A stretch of DNA of 64,000 nt from an uncultured Roseburia sp. (GCA_947642555.1 CANRSX010000025.1:2318-66317); one strand, 5' to 3'; positions 17,736 through 27,594 are shown, counted from the first letter of the stretch. Program-made: numbers and translations. The notes: generated from the sequence alone by a model not told the origin.

Positions 17736-19112
17736 TTATGCCGCTAACGCCGCGCCCTTCCGCTTTCTTGCGCACACTGCCATAAAGGAAAGCACCGCGA
17801 AGACGGAGGTCTCTAACGTCCGGTAGGTAAAGTAGGAGTGAATCTGCGAGTGATTCGACAGCACCAGGTACCAGATGAAGGGGTAGGCTGCCACAAGAAG
17901 CACCGGCAGGGATTCTACAATTGTATTTTTATCTTCCCGGCGCCATAACTCTCTCCCGGTTTCCGGAGGATACCGCCGCGGAATCCGTTTTGACGCCGCA
18001 TCCTCTCTTCCCGCACCTTTCTCATTCTCCTCCAGACACTTCCGCGTCCCCTGCCGCCTTCTGTCCCGCACCCACGCAAACAGCAGGACCGCCGCCCAGC
18101 AGATCACCAGCGCGCCAAGCACTGCAACCGCCCCTTTGGGCAGCATATAACCCAGGTTCACCCGGATCGTGCCCAGCCGGTCCGTCGGGTACTCCTCGTT
18201 TCCGGCTGTCCGAAACAGGATCGTATCCAGAGCGTCCAGAATCACGTTTCTGCGGAGAAAAACGGAGGCGATACACCACTTCGCCAGCCAGGTGAACCCG
18301 TAGCCGCAGACCCAGGCCACAGAGTTTTTAAGCAGAAAGAGGATCCGCTTTAAGCCCCTCTCCTCCGGCGCCTGTTTTACATACAGCAAATAGGCCACCA
18401 CAAGCAGCATGCCCAGAGAATTGAGCGGCGATGTCAGAAAATCGATAAAATTTGTGACAGATCCCACTGCAAGGAAAAAAAGACCGGCATCCGGCCTTCC
18501 CCGTTTTGCTGCCAGGCAGTACAGAAGGACTGCGACAGTTGTAATATAATACATACTCATATACTGAAAAGACAGCGGGATCACAATGATATTTCCCATG
18601 CAAAGCGACACGATAAGCGCCATGCCGACGCCGCGGTTTATCGCCTTTCCCACTTTTTCATACACAAGGCACAGCAGCACGAAACAGAGGATCATGCTGA
18701 TGTATTTGATGTGCTTATACGTCATCAGGCACAGCAGCGGCCGCACCGGCACGAGATAGCCGTGCCAGTAACGCGCGTAATCCTTTACGTCCAGCATATT
18801 GTAAAATGCGGAATGCGACTCATCAGTCACGCAGTTTGAGAGGATCAGCTGATCCGTCCCGCCGTCCATCTGCGTCCCCACAAGAGAATCGTCCACACTC
18901 CAGTACATCCCTTTTGTAAATTCCTTCATGGACTCCTCATAATTGCCCGAAAGCCATTCATTCGGAATGCAGGATACCACGAAAAGCAGGATCAGATACA
19001 AAAGGATCAGTCCCGCGAAAACGACCGGATAGCGCTTCTGGCCGGTCAGCAATTTCCGTAACCGTACGCCCGTCTTTGTCCCTGTACGGCTTTCAGCTCT
19101 CTCTTCTGTCAC
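17736..19112 (-). CDS. Polytopic membrane protein of unknown function
   Basis: 458 aa, about 9 or more hydrophobic segments, no motif I recognise. GTG start follows GGAGGAA. Confidence 0.5.
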   Translation of the reverse strand: MTEERAESRTGTKTGVRLRKLLTGQKRYPVVFAGLILLYLILLFVVSCIPNEWLSGNYEESMKEFTKGMYWSVDDSLVGTQMDGGTDQLILSNCVTDESHSAFYNMLDVKDYARYWHGYLVPVRPLLCLMTYKHIKYISMILCFVLLCLVYEKVGKAINRGVGMALIVSLCMGNIIVIPLSFQYMSMYYITTVAVLLYCLAAKRGRPDAGLFFLAVGSVTNFIDFLTSPLNSLGMLLVVAYLLYVKQAPEERGLKRILFLLKNSVAWVCGYGFTWLAKWCIASVFLRRNVILDALDTILFRTAGNEEYPTDRLGTIRVNLGYMLPKGAVAVLGALVICWAAVLLFAWVRDRRRQGTRKCLEENEKGAGREDAASKRIPRRYPPETGRELWRREDKNTIVESLPVLLVAAYPFIWYLVLSNHSQIHSYFTYRTLETSVFAVLSFMAVCARKRKGAALAA

Positions 19113-19144
19113 CGGCGTATTCCTCCACGGTTTTTAATCATTCC

Positions 19145-19849
19145 TCATATATACGCGTTCAGCAGCTCCTCATCCGTATTTACCACCAGACGCTCCGGGA
19201 ACTTCATCTCCTCGAGCAGGGCCAGCGCCAGGTCATGCCGCCCCACGTGCGCGTCCACATGGGCGTCGGAATCCACGATCACCGGCGTCTCATACTCCAT
19301 GCAGTATTTTAACATCTCTTTATAATTCTCCCTGGAATTCTGGCGGAAGCAGTCCGGCTGCAGGGAGGATCCGTTGACCTCTAACAGCACATGGTGCTCC
19401 TTCGCGGCTTTTACGAGGGCTTCAAAATCCACCGGATATCTGCCGTCGTCCGGATGGCCGATGATTTTCACATACGGATTCTTCATCGCGTTGATGTATG
19501 CCCTGGTATTCTCCTCCTTCGTTCCCCCCGGATAGCAAGGCATATGCAGGCTCGCGATGGCATAATCCAGCTTTTGCAGCACATACTCCGGCAGGTCCAC
19601 CGCGCCGTCGGCATTTAAAATATTCAGTTCCACGCCAAAGAGCACCTTCACCCCGTATTTTTCCCGCGGCACCACCTTTAAATTCATAAAATACATCGCC
19701 GAACAGGTTCCCGCCATCTCCGGGGCATGCTCCGTGATCCCCAGAATCTTAAGCTGCTTTTCCTTCGCAGCGGCAATCATCTCATTTATCGTACTGTACG
19801 CATGTCCGCTTGCAATCGTATGCGTGTGCAGATCCATGATATCTCTCAT
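19145..19849 (-). CDS. PHP-domain phosphoesterase (YcdX-like)
   Basis: MDLHTHTIASGHAYS is the PHP His-cluster motif. I moved the start to the ATG at 19849, which follows CAGGAGGAAAAA; the ORF track starts at 19909. Confidence 0.75.
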   Translation of the reverse strand: MRDIMDLHTHTIASGHAYSTINEMIAAAKEKQLKILGITEHAPEMAGTCSAMYFMNLKVVPREKYGVKVLFGVELNILNADGAVDLPEYVLQKLDYAIASLHMPCYPGGTKEENTRAYINAMKNPYVKIIGHPDDGRYPVDFEALVKAAKEHHVLLEVNGSSLQPDCFRQNSRENYKEMLKYCMEYETPVIVDSDAHVDAHVGRHDLALALLEEMKFPERLVVNTDEELLNAYI

Positions 19850-19871
19850 TTTTTCCTCCTGTACTTCTGGC

Positions 19872-21083
19872 TTACTGCCGCGGGAACACTTCCCCGCGCA
19901 CGATGACACTCACGATCTGATTGTCCGCGTCAAGCAGCACCAGATCCGCGTCTTTTCCGTCCGCGATCGAGCCTTTTTTGTCATACACGCCGATCAGGCG
20001 CGCCGGGTTCTCCGTCAGGATCGGAAGCACCTCCTCCAAAGGACGCCCGGTAAAGGCGAGGAGATTTTTCAGCGCGACATCTGACGTCAGCGTACTCCCG
20101 GCCCTCACATCCGCCGTCGCCAGCCTCGCGTCCCCGTCCTTTACGACGATCTCGTTGACGCCGAGGTGATAGTTGCCGTCCGGCAGGCCAGCCGCCATGA
20201 TCGAGTCGGAAACCGCCACCACGCGGTCCGTCCCCTTTGTCTTCACATATAGGCGCACTGTGCCCGGGTGCAGATGCCTGCCGTCGCAGATCATCTCGCA
20301 GTAGATATCGGATTCTAGCGCCGCCCCCCAGATCGCAGGCTCGTGCTGATGGAGCAGCCGCATGGCATTTCCCGTGTGAGTCGACGCCGCCGCTCCCTGC
20401 GCGATGGCCCGCATGGCCGTGTCATAATCCGCGCCGGAATGCCCGATCGCCACCGCAATCCCAAGCTCTTTTAGCGCCGGGATCATCTCGATCACGCCCT
20501 CCACCTCCGGTGAGACGGTCATATAGCGGATCCCGCCCTCCGCAAGCTTCTGATAGCGGGCCGCAAGCTCTGCGTTCCCTTTCTGCAACAGCTCCTCCGG
20601 CATCGCGCCCTTATACGCGGGCGAAAGGAAGGGCCCCTCCAGATGAATCCCCAGAAGCTGCGCCCCCTCGCGACAGCTGTCGCGGTACGCGAGATACTGC
20701 CTGATGCACCATTCGGTCTGTTCTACCGTATCCGTCAGCACGGAGGCCAGCCAGGTCGTGGTACCGTTTTTTGCAAAAAATTTCCCGATCTTCTCAAAAT
20801 CGTCCGCCGTCGCCCCGTTGACGTCGATCCCGACCGCCCCGTGGGTGTGAATATCAAGAAAGCCCGGCACGATCTTTAAGCCGCGGGCATCGATGATCTC
20901 CTCTTCACTGTGCCCCGCTGCCTGCTCCTGTACCGGATCCGCCGCGGATACGCCTGTTTTCCCGGCACCGGTCCCTCCCGTGCCCGCGCCCTTCTGGCAT
21001 AACGCAAGCTTCCCGTCTGTAATCTGTACAGTTCCCTCCACAAATCTGTGATCCACATAAATTTCCCCATTGATGATCTTCAT
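19872..21083 (-). CDS. nagA: N-acetylglucosamine-6-phosphate deacetylase
   Basis: MKIINGEIY.., DIHTHG, and the amidohydrolase fold. I moved the start to the ATG at 21083, which follows GAGGGGGAAG. The Arg-rich 79-aa extension in the ORF track is rejected. Confidence 0.85.
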   Translation of the reverse strand: MKIINGEIYVDHRFVEGTVQITDGKLALCQKGAGTGGTGAGKTGVSAADPVQEQAAGHSEEEIIDARGLKIVPGFLDIHTHGAVGIDVNGATADDFEKIGKFFAKNGTTTWLASVLTDTVEQTEWCIRQYLAYRDSCREGAQLLGIHLEGPFLSPAYKGAMPEELLQKGNAELAARYQKLAEGGIRYMTVSPEVEGVIEMIPALKELGIAVAIGHSGADYDTAMRAIAQGAAASTHTGNAMRLLHQHEPAIWGAALESDIYCEMICDGRHLHPGTVRLYVKTKGTDRVVAVSDSIMAAGLPDGNYHLGVNEIVVKDGDARLATADVRAGSTLTSDVALKNLLAFTGRPLEEVLPILTENPARLIGVYDKKGSIADGKDADLVLLDADNQIVSVIVRGEVFPRQ

Positions 21084-21102
21084 ATCGCTTCCCCCTCTTT
21101 CT

Positions 21103-21765
21103 TTAAAGCGCTCGTTCTCCTGCTCCGTCCGCCGGTAATCCTCCCTCTGCTCCTTTCGGATTACAACTGTTTTCCTCTCTTCCCTGCGCGTTCTGCCGCA
21201 GCAGGTACGCCATATCAATGCGCACCTCCTTCCGCTCCAGATCACGGTTCGAATAACAGCAGCTGTCAAACCCCGCCAACACAAACCCTTCCTTCTGATA
21301 AAAGGAAATCGCACCGACATTGCAGGACTGTGTCTCCAGGATCAAAGCACGCCTGTTCTCCGAAACAGCCTGCTCCTTCGCCAGGGCCATCAGCGCATGC
21401 CCGATCCCCTGTCTCCGGAAATCCTCATGCACCCAGAGCTCCGTGACGATCAGACGGTTGCTCCATTCCTCCGGGCAGGTCTCGATGCAGGCGCGAAGCT
21501 CCTTTCCGCCCTCCCCGTCTGCGACAATGCCCCACGCGCAGGCCTTCTCCCAGTGCGGCGCGTAAAGCCGGTCCGGAAAATCGTATTCCTCAGGGTAATG
21601 GGACACCGGTTTCTCGAAATCCCGTTTTTCCAGTTTTATCTCATATCCGTCCGCTTTCTGCGACACGGAAACGTCAAAATATTCATTTGTAGTATACCGC
21701 ATCGGTATCACGCTTCCCTCCCACTGTTCTTTCGGGAGGTGGATGATGTGGTAATCTTGCTTCAT
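21103..21765 (-). CDS. GNAT N-acetyltransferase, streptothricin-acetyltransferase (Sat)-like
   Basis: WSNRLIVTELWVHEDFRRQGIGHALMALAKEQA..ALILETQSCNVGAISFYQKEGFVLAGFD parallels the Sat/SatA core as I recall it. Contains the QxxGxG/A acetyl-CoA motif. Confidence 0.7.
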   Translation of the reverse strand: MKQDYHIIHLPKEQWEGSVIPMRYTTNEYFDVSVSQKADGYEIKLEKRDFEKPVSHYPEEYDFPDRLYAPHWEKACAWGIVADGEGGKELRACIETCPEEWSNRLIVTELWVHEDFRRQGIGHALMALAKEQAVSENRRALILETQSCNVGAISFYQKEGFVLAGFDSCCYSNRDLERKEVRIDMAYLLRQNAQGREENSCNPKGAEGGLPADGAGERAL

Positions 21766-21809
21766 AGCATCCTCATTTTCTGTAAAAGTTCAGCCATGCC
21801 TGGTTTTGC

Positions 21810-21832
21810 GAATGGCGCGGGCGCCGCCATTC
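21810..21832 (-). other. GC-rich intercistronic hairpin after the AsnB-like gene
   Basis: GAATGGCG-n7-CGCCATTC, with no U-tract. Confidence 0.3.
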
Positions 21833-21849
21833 TGCAGACGCTGCCGCCG

Positions 21850-23793
21850 TCAGCCCGCCACCGCCCGTCCGTCCACGAACAGCTGGCACCAGAGCTCCGC
21901 GTTGATGGCCTTCCACACCACCATCGCGTTCTCTCCCTCGTTTAAGCTGCCATAGCATTTCTCAAAATATCCGGTGTCGATCATTCCTCTCTGCCGCATC
22001 CCGGGCAGGATCTGTCCGTTAATGTATTCGTGCATCCTGTCGTTCTGAATATAAGAGGACAGCGGCACCCGCAGCGCCATTTTGGTCCGAAACGCAAAAT
22101 CGTCCCCGAAGGTCCGCGCGCTTAAGCGCTTTAAGAGATATTTTCCCTCGTAGGACTGTGAAAAATCCATATTTCCCGATCGGATCATCCGGCGGTAGGT
22201 GTGGTGCATCAGCTCCCGCTCCGGGATCTCAAACATGTACCGCACCAGCTCGTTGTCCAGAAACGGCACCCGGTTCTCCACGGAATTCGCCATACAGGTC
22301 TTGTTCTGCTTCTCGCAGAGACTGACCAGCTCCCCCTTGAAAAAAAGCTTTCTCGCCCGGTCAAACGCTGTGCCGGTAAAGGATCGCACGAGATCCCGCC
22401 GCTCCTCTAAGAAGCCTTCGTTCGTATAATCCGGAAAAATCTTTCTGCACAGCTCCTCCGGCAGCTGCCCGTCAAAGCTTAAGAGAAAACGGTCGCTGTC
22501 CGCCGAGACGTCCACCCCGGAAAACTTCTGCCGAAACAGCGGCCCCGACACCTTCCGGATATCCTCGCAGAGCTTAAAGCCCGGGAAGTTGTTATAGCCC
22601 CCGCAGACCTCGTCCGCGCCCTCCCCGCTGATGAGCACCGTGACGTCCTTCCTGGCGTTTTTGGAGAACTCAAACACCCCCACCGGCCCCGGCTCGTTTA
22701 AAAACCGCTCATAGGCGTAGACGCTGCGCTCTAAGTTCGCGATAAAATGCTCCGAATCCATATCGAATTTTTTGATATCGAGATTCAGGCAGGAGGCAGC
22801 GTGATCGATCCAGGGCTCCTCGTCATGCGCCGCGGATCCCCGGTTGGTCAATGAAAATCCCAGCAGCTTTTCCCCGCGGTTCTGATAAATTTCCTTCACA
22901 TACTTCGCGAGCAGCGTCGAGTCGACCCCGCCGGAAAACTGTACGCCGAGGCTGACGTCGCTGATGGTCTGCCGCTTCACGCACTCCCGGATCAGCGCCT
23001 CGCACTCCTCCAGATAATCCCTGCCGGCGGACCGCTTCTGCCTGTAGTCATTCAGGTCAAAATATCTGTGCTCCGTGATCCGGCAGTCCCGCTCCACATC
23101 CGCTTCCAGGTAATACCCCGGCTCCACGCTTTTCGCGTGCGCGTACATCGCGTCGTTCGGATTGCAGCACAAAAACAGCTTTGAAAATGTATTCCGGTTC
23201 ACCTGACGGTCAAACTCCCGAAGATGCCGGAAGCATTTGATCTCGCTCGCCCAGACCAGACGCTCCCCGTCGGTCTGCACATAGACCGGAATGATGCCAA
23301 ACCGGTCGCGCGCGATGTAAAGCTTTTCCTTTCGCGCGTCGTAGAGGGCGATGGCAAACATGCCGTTTAGCATCCCGATCATTGTTTCAAAGCCGTAGAG
23401 AAGATACAGGTGCAGGATCACCTCCGTATCGGAATGCCCGCGAAACTCCCGGATCCCGTTCTGCTTTAACTGTTCCCGCAGCTCGTTGACATTATAGATC
23501 TCCCCGTTAAAGGTGAGCACGGTTTTCTGATCCGGCGAGAGCATGGGCTGATGTCCCGCCATCGATACATCCTGGATGCTGAGCCGGTCAAACCCGAAGA
23601 TCCCCCGCAGACCCTCCGGCAGCCCGGCAGCGCGCTCCGCCGGTATCAGCGTATGCTCCGGCGAGATCCCGCAGACACCCGTATCGTCCGGGCCGCGGTG
23701 GCGGATCGCGGCGAGCATGTCATCCATCTCCTGCCTTGCCACAGACGGCAGCTTTTCCTTTTTTTTCTGAATAAAACCCGCTATTCCACACAT
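21850..23793 (-). CDS. Asparagine synthase (glutamine-hydrolysing) family amidotransferase
   Basis: The MCGIAGF Ntn-Cys start follows GAGGAGAA, so the ORF-track start at 23856 was trimmed. SGGVDS PP-loop motif. 647 aa. Confidence 0.85.
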   Translation of the reverse strand: MCGIAGFIQKKKEKLPSVARQEMDDMLAAIRHRGPDDTGVCGISPEHTLIPAERAAGLPEGLRGIFGFDRLSIQDVSMAGHQPMLSPDQKTVLTFNGEIYNVNELREQLKQNGIREFRGHSDTEVILHLYLLYGFETMIGMLNGMFAIALYDARKEKLYIARDRFGIIPVYVQTDGERLVWASEIKCFRHLREFDRQVNRNTFSKLFLCCNPNDAMYAHAKSVEPGYYLEADVERDCRITEHRYFDLNDYRQKRSAGRDYLEECEALIRECVKRQTISDVSLGVQFSGGVDSTLLAKYVKEIYQNRGEKLLGFSLTNRGSAAHDEEPWIDHAASCLNLDIKKFDMDSEHFIANLERSVYAYERFLNEPGPVGVFEFSKNARKDVTVLISGEGADEVCGGYNNFPGFKLCEDIRKVSGPLFRQKFSGVDVSADSDRFLLSFDGQLPEELCRKIFPDYTNEGFLEERRDLVRSFTGTAFDRARKLFFKGELVSLCEKQNKTCMANSVENRVPFLDNELVRYMFEIPERELMHHTYRRMIRSGNMDFSQSYEGKYLLKRLSARTFGDDFAFRTKMALRVPLSSYIQNDRMHEYINGQILPGMRQRGMIDTGYFEKCYGSLNEGENAMVVWKAINAELWCQLFVDGRAVAG

Positions 23794-23830
23794 GTAAATT
23801 TTCTCCTCTGATGCCGGACGCGCCGGATCC

Positions 23831-24724
23831 TTACTCTGCGGCATCCTCCTTCTCAAGCGTCAGCCAGCTGCCCCACTCCTCGGCCGTTCCCTCCGGCGTC
23901 AGATGCATAAACCCGCCCGTCGGGATAAAGGTCATCTCGGAGATGTAGATCTTTCCTTCAATATTATACAGATCCACCCGCACAAAGGGGAACTCCCGGC
24001 AGAGCCTTGCCGCCGTCCGCTTCATTTTCTCAAAATGCGGCGGCTTCGGGATTGATTTCCAGTCCGGGCGGTTCTCGTGTCCGTGAAGCGAGATGTCGAG
24101 ATGATTCCACTCCATATCAAAATAGTCATAATATTTGTCATACTCGCCGTTCTCGCCGTTTGCGGACATGTACATCACCTTCGGCACCCCGTTAAAGCAG
24201 TAAAATTTAAAGGTCGAGATGTCGTCGCCCAGATACTGCTCCACGATGATTTTTTTGCGGATAAACTTGTACTGGAGCTCACCGAATTCCTTCCAGTAGT
24301 CCTGCCGCAGCCACTGCTCCAGCTTCCTTTTGCTCTCTTCGATATCCAGCTTCGACTTGTCCCGGCAGATGATATTAAAACCGCAGCCGTGATTGCACTT
24401 GATCACAAACTGCTCCGGAAGCTCGTCAAACGGAATGTCCTCCGGCGAATTGTAAGCGCCGTATAACTCCGGCAGAAGGTCCGTCATGCCTTTCTCCGTC
24501 AGATACCCGCGGATCCTGTATTTGTCAATGCAGTTTGTGACCACCGGATTGTTGTAATAGTCATGCAGCTTCAGATACTGAAGCTTTTCATTGATGCTGT
24601 CCGGATGTTTCAGATCCAGCTTCTCTCCAAAATTACCTTTGTAGAGTTCTTTCGTCAGATGAACCGGCATATAGCTGCTCATGAAATGTCGTTTTTCCCG
24701 TGATAACTGCTCTTTCAGATTCAT
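23831..24724 (-). CDS. TupA-like ATP-grasp amidoligase family protein
   Basis: 297 aa. INEKLQYLKLHDYYNNP..DKYRIRGYL..FVIKCNHGCG matches my recollection of the ATPgrasp_TupA family. RBS GGGAGGAAG. Confidence 0.6.
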   Translation of the reverse strand: MNLKEQLSREKRHFMSSYMPVHLTKELYKGNFGEKLDLKHPDSINEKLQYLKLHDYYNNPVVTNCIDKYRIRGYLTEKGMTDLLPELYGAYNSPEDIPFDELPEQFVIKCNHGCGFNIICRDKSKLDIEESKRKLEQWLRQDYWKEFGELQYKFIRKKIIVEQYLGDDISTFKFYCFNGVPKVMYMSANGENGEYDKYYDYFDMEWNHLDISLHGHENRPDWKSIPKPPHFEKMKRTAARLCREFPFVRVDLYNIEGKIYISEMTFIPTGGFMHLTPEGTAEEWGSWLTLEKEDAAE

Positions 24725-24826
24725 AAATCTTTCTTCCTCCCATTGATTCTTCTTATTCTACCGCTCCCACCCCGCTTTGTCCATATGTTCAATCTTAATT
24801 TATTCTAAAGTTCAGGCAATCTATAA

Positions 24827-24873
24827 AACGGTAAGGGAACGGGTTTTCTCACCACACCCGTTCCCTTACCGTT
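24827..24873 (-). terminator. Rho-independent terminator ending the 13-gene operon
   Basis: Perfect 18-bp stem (AACGGTAAGGGAACGGGT / ACCCGTTCCCTTACCGTT) with an 11-nt loop. On the minus strand it is followed by TTTTATAGATT. Confidence 0.7.
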
Positions 24874-24891
24874 CAATTCTCTTTTATACCG

Positions 24892-26049
24892 CTATTTCGC
24901 CAGCGCAAAAATATTTTTCACATCTATAGGTGAAAGCGTCCGGAAGGCCCCGAGGGTTCCTCCCTTACAGGCTTTCTGCGCCATTTCCGCAAAACGCTCC
25001 TCCCCGATTCCCGCCTCCGACAGGCGTGTCGCCAGGCCGATTTCGCGGAAAAATGCCTCCAGCCGGTCGATCGCCGCAAGAGCCATGCTCTCCTCCTCCC
25101 CGGGATCAATGCCCATCACCTCCGCGGCAAAGGACACGAATTTACGTGGATGCTCCCTGTACGTATATTTCATCCAGGCCGGAAAAATAATCGCAAGCCC
25201 CGCTCCGTGCGCAATATCATATGCCGCGCTCAGCTCATGCTCGATCTCATGGGAGGCCCAGTCCTCGGCATTCCCTTTCCCCAGAAGGCCGTTGTGCGCC
25301 ACATTTCCCGTCCACATGATCTGTTCCCAGGCCTCCATGTCATCGCGGTCGGAAAGCACCCGCGGCAGCTCCTGTATGAGCGTCCGCATCGCAGCCTCGC
25401 ACAGGCGGTCGGAGAGCGTATTCCCCGGCGTCGGGGAAAAATAGCGCTCCATCACATGCGCCAGGATATCCGCGCCGCCGGCAGCGATCTGTTCCTTCGG
25501 CAGCGTCCGGCAGAGCTCAGGATCTAAGATCGCAAAACGCGGACGGCACACCTCGCTGCAGAAAGAACGTTTGAGCATCCCCTCCTCGTTGGTGAGCACC
25601 GTCCCGTCGCTGCTCTCGGAACCCGCCGCCGGAATCGTGAGAAGCACCCCCACCGGCAGCGCCTGCTTTGGGGTCTTTCGCCCTTCATAAAAATCCCACA
25701 CATCGCCCTCATAGGGGACGCCCGCGGCGATGGCTTTCGCGGAATCGATCACGCTGCCTCCCCCCGCGGCGAGGATAAAATCGATCCCTTCCCTTCTGCA
25801 CAGCGCAATCCCTTCCCGCACCAGCGACAGGCGCGGATTCGGGCGCACTCCGCCTAGCTCTGCAAATGTAACTTCCTCTGCCCGCAGGGCTTCCGCAATC
25901 ATTCCGTAAGTGCCGTTTCTCTGCAGGCTGCCGCCCCCGTAAAGGAGCAGCGCCCTCTTCGCATAACGCGCCGTCATCTCCCCCACGCGCTGCCGCTGTC
26001 CGCGCCCGAACAGGATCCGCGTGGGAAGATACCACTCAAATCGTTCCAC
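24892..26049 (-). CDS. Iron-containing (group III) alcohol dehydrogenase
   Basis: 385 aa. GGGSVIDSAK and the His-rich metal site (HxxxH..H). GTG start directly abuts the kinase TAA stop. Confidence 0.85.
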   Translation of the reverse strand: MERFEWYLPTRILFGRGQRQRVGEMTARYAKRALLLYGGGSLQRNGTYGMIAEALRAEEVTFAELGGVRPNPRLSLVREGIALCRREGIDFILAAGGGSVIDSAKAIAAGVPYEGDVWDFYEGRKTPKQALPVGVLLTIPAAGSESSDGTVLTNEEGMLKRSFCSEVCRPRFAILDPELCRTLPKEQIAAGGADILAHVMERYFSPTPGNTLSDRLCEAAMRTLIQELPRVLSDRDDMEAWEQIMWTGNVAHNGLLGKGNAEDWASHEIEHELSAAYDIAHGAGLAIIFPAWMKYTYREHPRKFVSFAAEVMGIDPGEEESMALAAIDRLEAFFREIGLATRLSEAGIGEERFAEMAQKACKGGTLGAFRTLSPIDVKNIFALAK

Positions 26050-27594
26050 TTATTCCGCCCTCCTCTCCATCCGGTACGACGCCAGCTCCCCGTACACGGG
26101 CTCTAACGCGTGATACGCCTGGTTAAAAATCCGGTAAAGCGACGCGTAGGTTTTCGCACATTCCCGATCCGGCTTTATCACTTCCGCAGTCGGATTCTGC
26201 CGCCGCGCCGCCGCATAGTCCGCGAACAGACCGACTCCCACGCCGCCGCAGACGGCTGCTCCCAGGCCTGTGGCTTCCTCCGGATACACCGGCACCTCGA
26301 TGGGCTTCTGCCAGATATCCGCCAGGATCTTTCGCCAGAGCCTTCCCCTGGCCCCTCCGCCGATCAGCGTCAGCGACTCCACCGGCTGCTGCCCCTCCAG
26401 AAGATCCAGTATCACTTTCAGATTATATCCCACACCCTCCATGACGGCGCGGGAGAGATCTCCCTTTGAGGTCGAGATGTCCAGCCCCAGGAATGCGCCC
26501 CTGGCGGCATGGTTCCACCGCGGGCTGCGCTCCCCCAGAAGATAGGGCAGAAACAGTACGCCGCCGGCTCCGGGCGCCGCTTTGCATGCCGCCTCGTCCA
26601 TCCGCCCGTACACGCTCTCTCCCGCTTCCGCGGCCAGCCGCTGCTCCTCTTTACACAGTACGTCCCGGTACCAGCCCAGGGACACCCCGGCGGCCTGCAT
26701 GGTCCCGCAGGGCGTATACAGCTGCGGATCCAGGTGCACCCAGTTAAAGGTCCGCATTTCTTCGTCAAACACCGGCTCTTTTCGCGCCATGGAAATCCAG
26801 GAGGAGGAGCCCAGCACACAGTAGGTATTTCCCTCCGCCACCACGCCCGCGCCCACACAGGCGCAGCTGCCGTCCCCGCCGCCGGTCACCACCGGCGTGC
26901 CCTCCATCAGACCGCATTCCCGCGCCGCCTCCCGGGTGATACTCCCCGCGGTGTCGGCCGACGGCTGCGCCTTTGGCAGCAGGCTCTCCGGGATTTCCAG
27001 CGCCGAAAGGATCTCCTTCGACCACTCCTTTTTCCGGATGTCAAAGAGGTTCGTGCCGCTGGCATCCGAGTAGTCCGTCACAAAACGCCCGGTGAGCCGG
27101 CGGATGATGTAATCCTTGGCGTTTAACATCTGATATGCGCCCGCGTATACCTCTGGTTCCTCCTGTTTTACCCAGAGCAGCTTTGCCGCCGAGTAGGAGG
27201 CGCTGATCCGGTGTCCCGTGATCTGGTACACCGTTTTCTGCCCCAGGGCATCGGTCATCTGGCGCTCCTGCTTCGCCGCACGGGTATCCGCCCAGATAAT
27301 CGCCGGGCGCAGGGCCGTCCCCTTCCGATCCACCAGCACACAGCCCATCATCTGCCCGCTGAAGGACACGCAGGCCACCTCCCCGGGAGTGACGCGCGCC
27401 TGCTCTAACAGCTGCCCGGTGGAGGCACACACCGCCCGCCACCAGTCCTCTGGATCCTGCTCCGCCCTGCCCGGCCCGGGGTAGCGGGTCTCATAGGAAA
27501 CGGTCACACCGGCGGCAAGGGTGCCGTCGTCACGGTACAGGACAGCCTTGTTTCCGCTGGTGCCCAGATCATGGGCAAGAATATATCGTCCCAT
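26050..27594 (-). CDS. FGGY-family carbohydrate kinase (xylulokinase-like)
   Basis: MGRYILAHDLGTSGNK and GGGARG. I moved the start to the ATG at 27594, which follows GGAGGA. Confidence 0.85.
   Translation of the reverse strand: MGRYILAHDLGTSGNKAVLYRDDGTLAAGVTVSYETRYPGPGRAEQDPEDWWRAVCASTGQLLEQARVTPGEVACVSFSGQMMGCVLVDRKGTALRPAIIWADTRAAKQERQMTDALGQKTVYQITGHRISASYSAAKLLWVKQEEPEVYAGAYQMLNAKDYIIRRLTGRFVTDYSDASGTNLFDIRKKEWSKEILSALEIPESLLPKAQPSADTAGSITREAARECGLMEGTPVVTGGGDGSCACVGAGVVAEGNTYCVLGSSSWISMARKEPVFDEEMRTFNWVHLDPQLYTPCGTMQAAGVSLGWYRDVLCKEEQRLAAEAGESVYGRMDEAACKAAPGAGGVLFLPYLLGERSPRWNHAARGAFLGLDISTSKGDLSRAVMEGVGYNLKVILDLLEGQQPVESLTLIGGGARGRLWRKILADIWQKPIEVPVYPEEATGLGAAVCGGVGVGLFADYAAARRQNPTAEVIKPDRECAKTYASLYRIFNQAYHALEPVYGELASYRMERRAE

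Noticed and set aside
19872-21320. N-terminal extensions of several ORF-track entries (nagA to 21320, asnB-like to 23856, Zn-ADH to 29835, kinase to 27627, SBP to 35794, URO-D to 31809, oppB to 45065, oppC to 44109, TIM-D to 51774, btpA from 51911, DUF1700 to 62464).
   Set aside because: The extensions are Arg-rich or overlap the upstream gene. An internal ATG or GTG with a GGAGG-type RBS coincides with the conserved family N-terminus, so the starts were trimmed.
24725-24826. Promoter of the envelope operon upstream of the ATP-grasp gene.
   Set aside because: Only weak hexamers were found (for example TTGCCT-N17-AAGATT). None is convincing enough to annotate.
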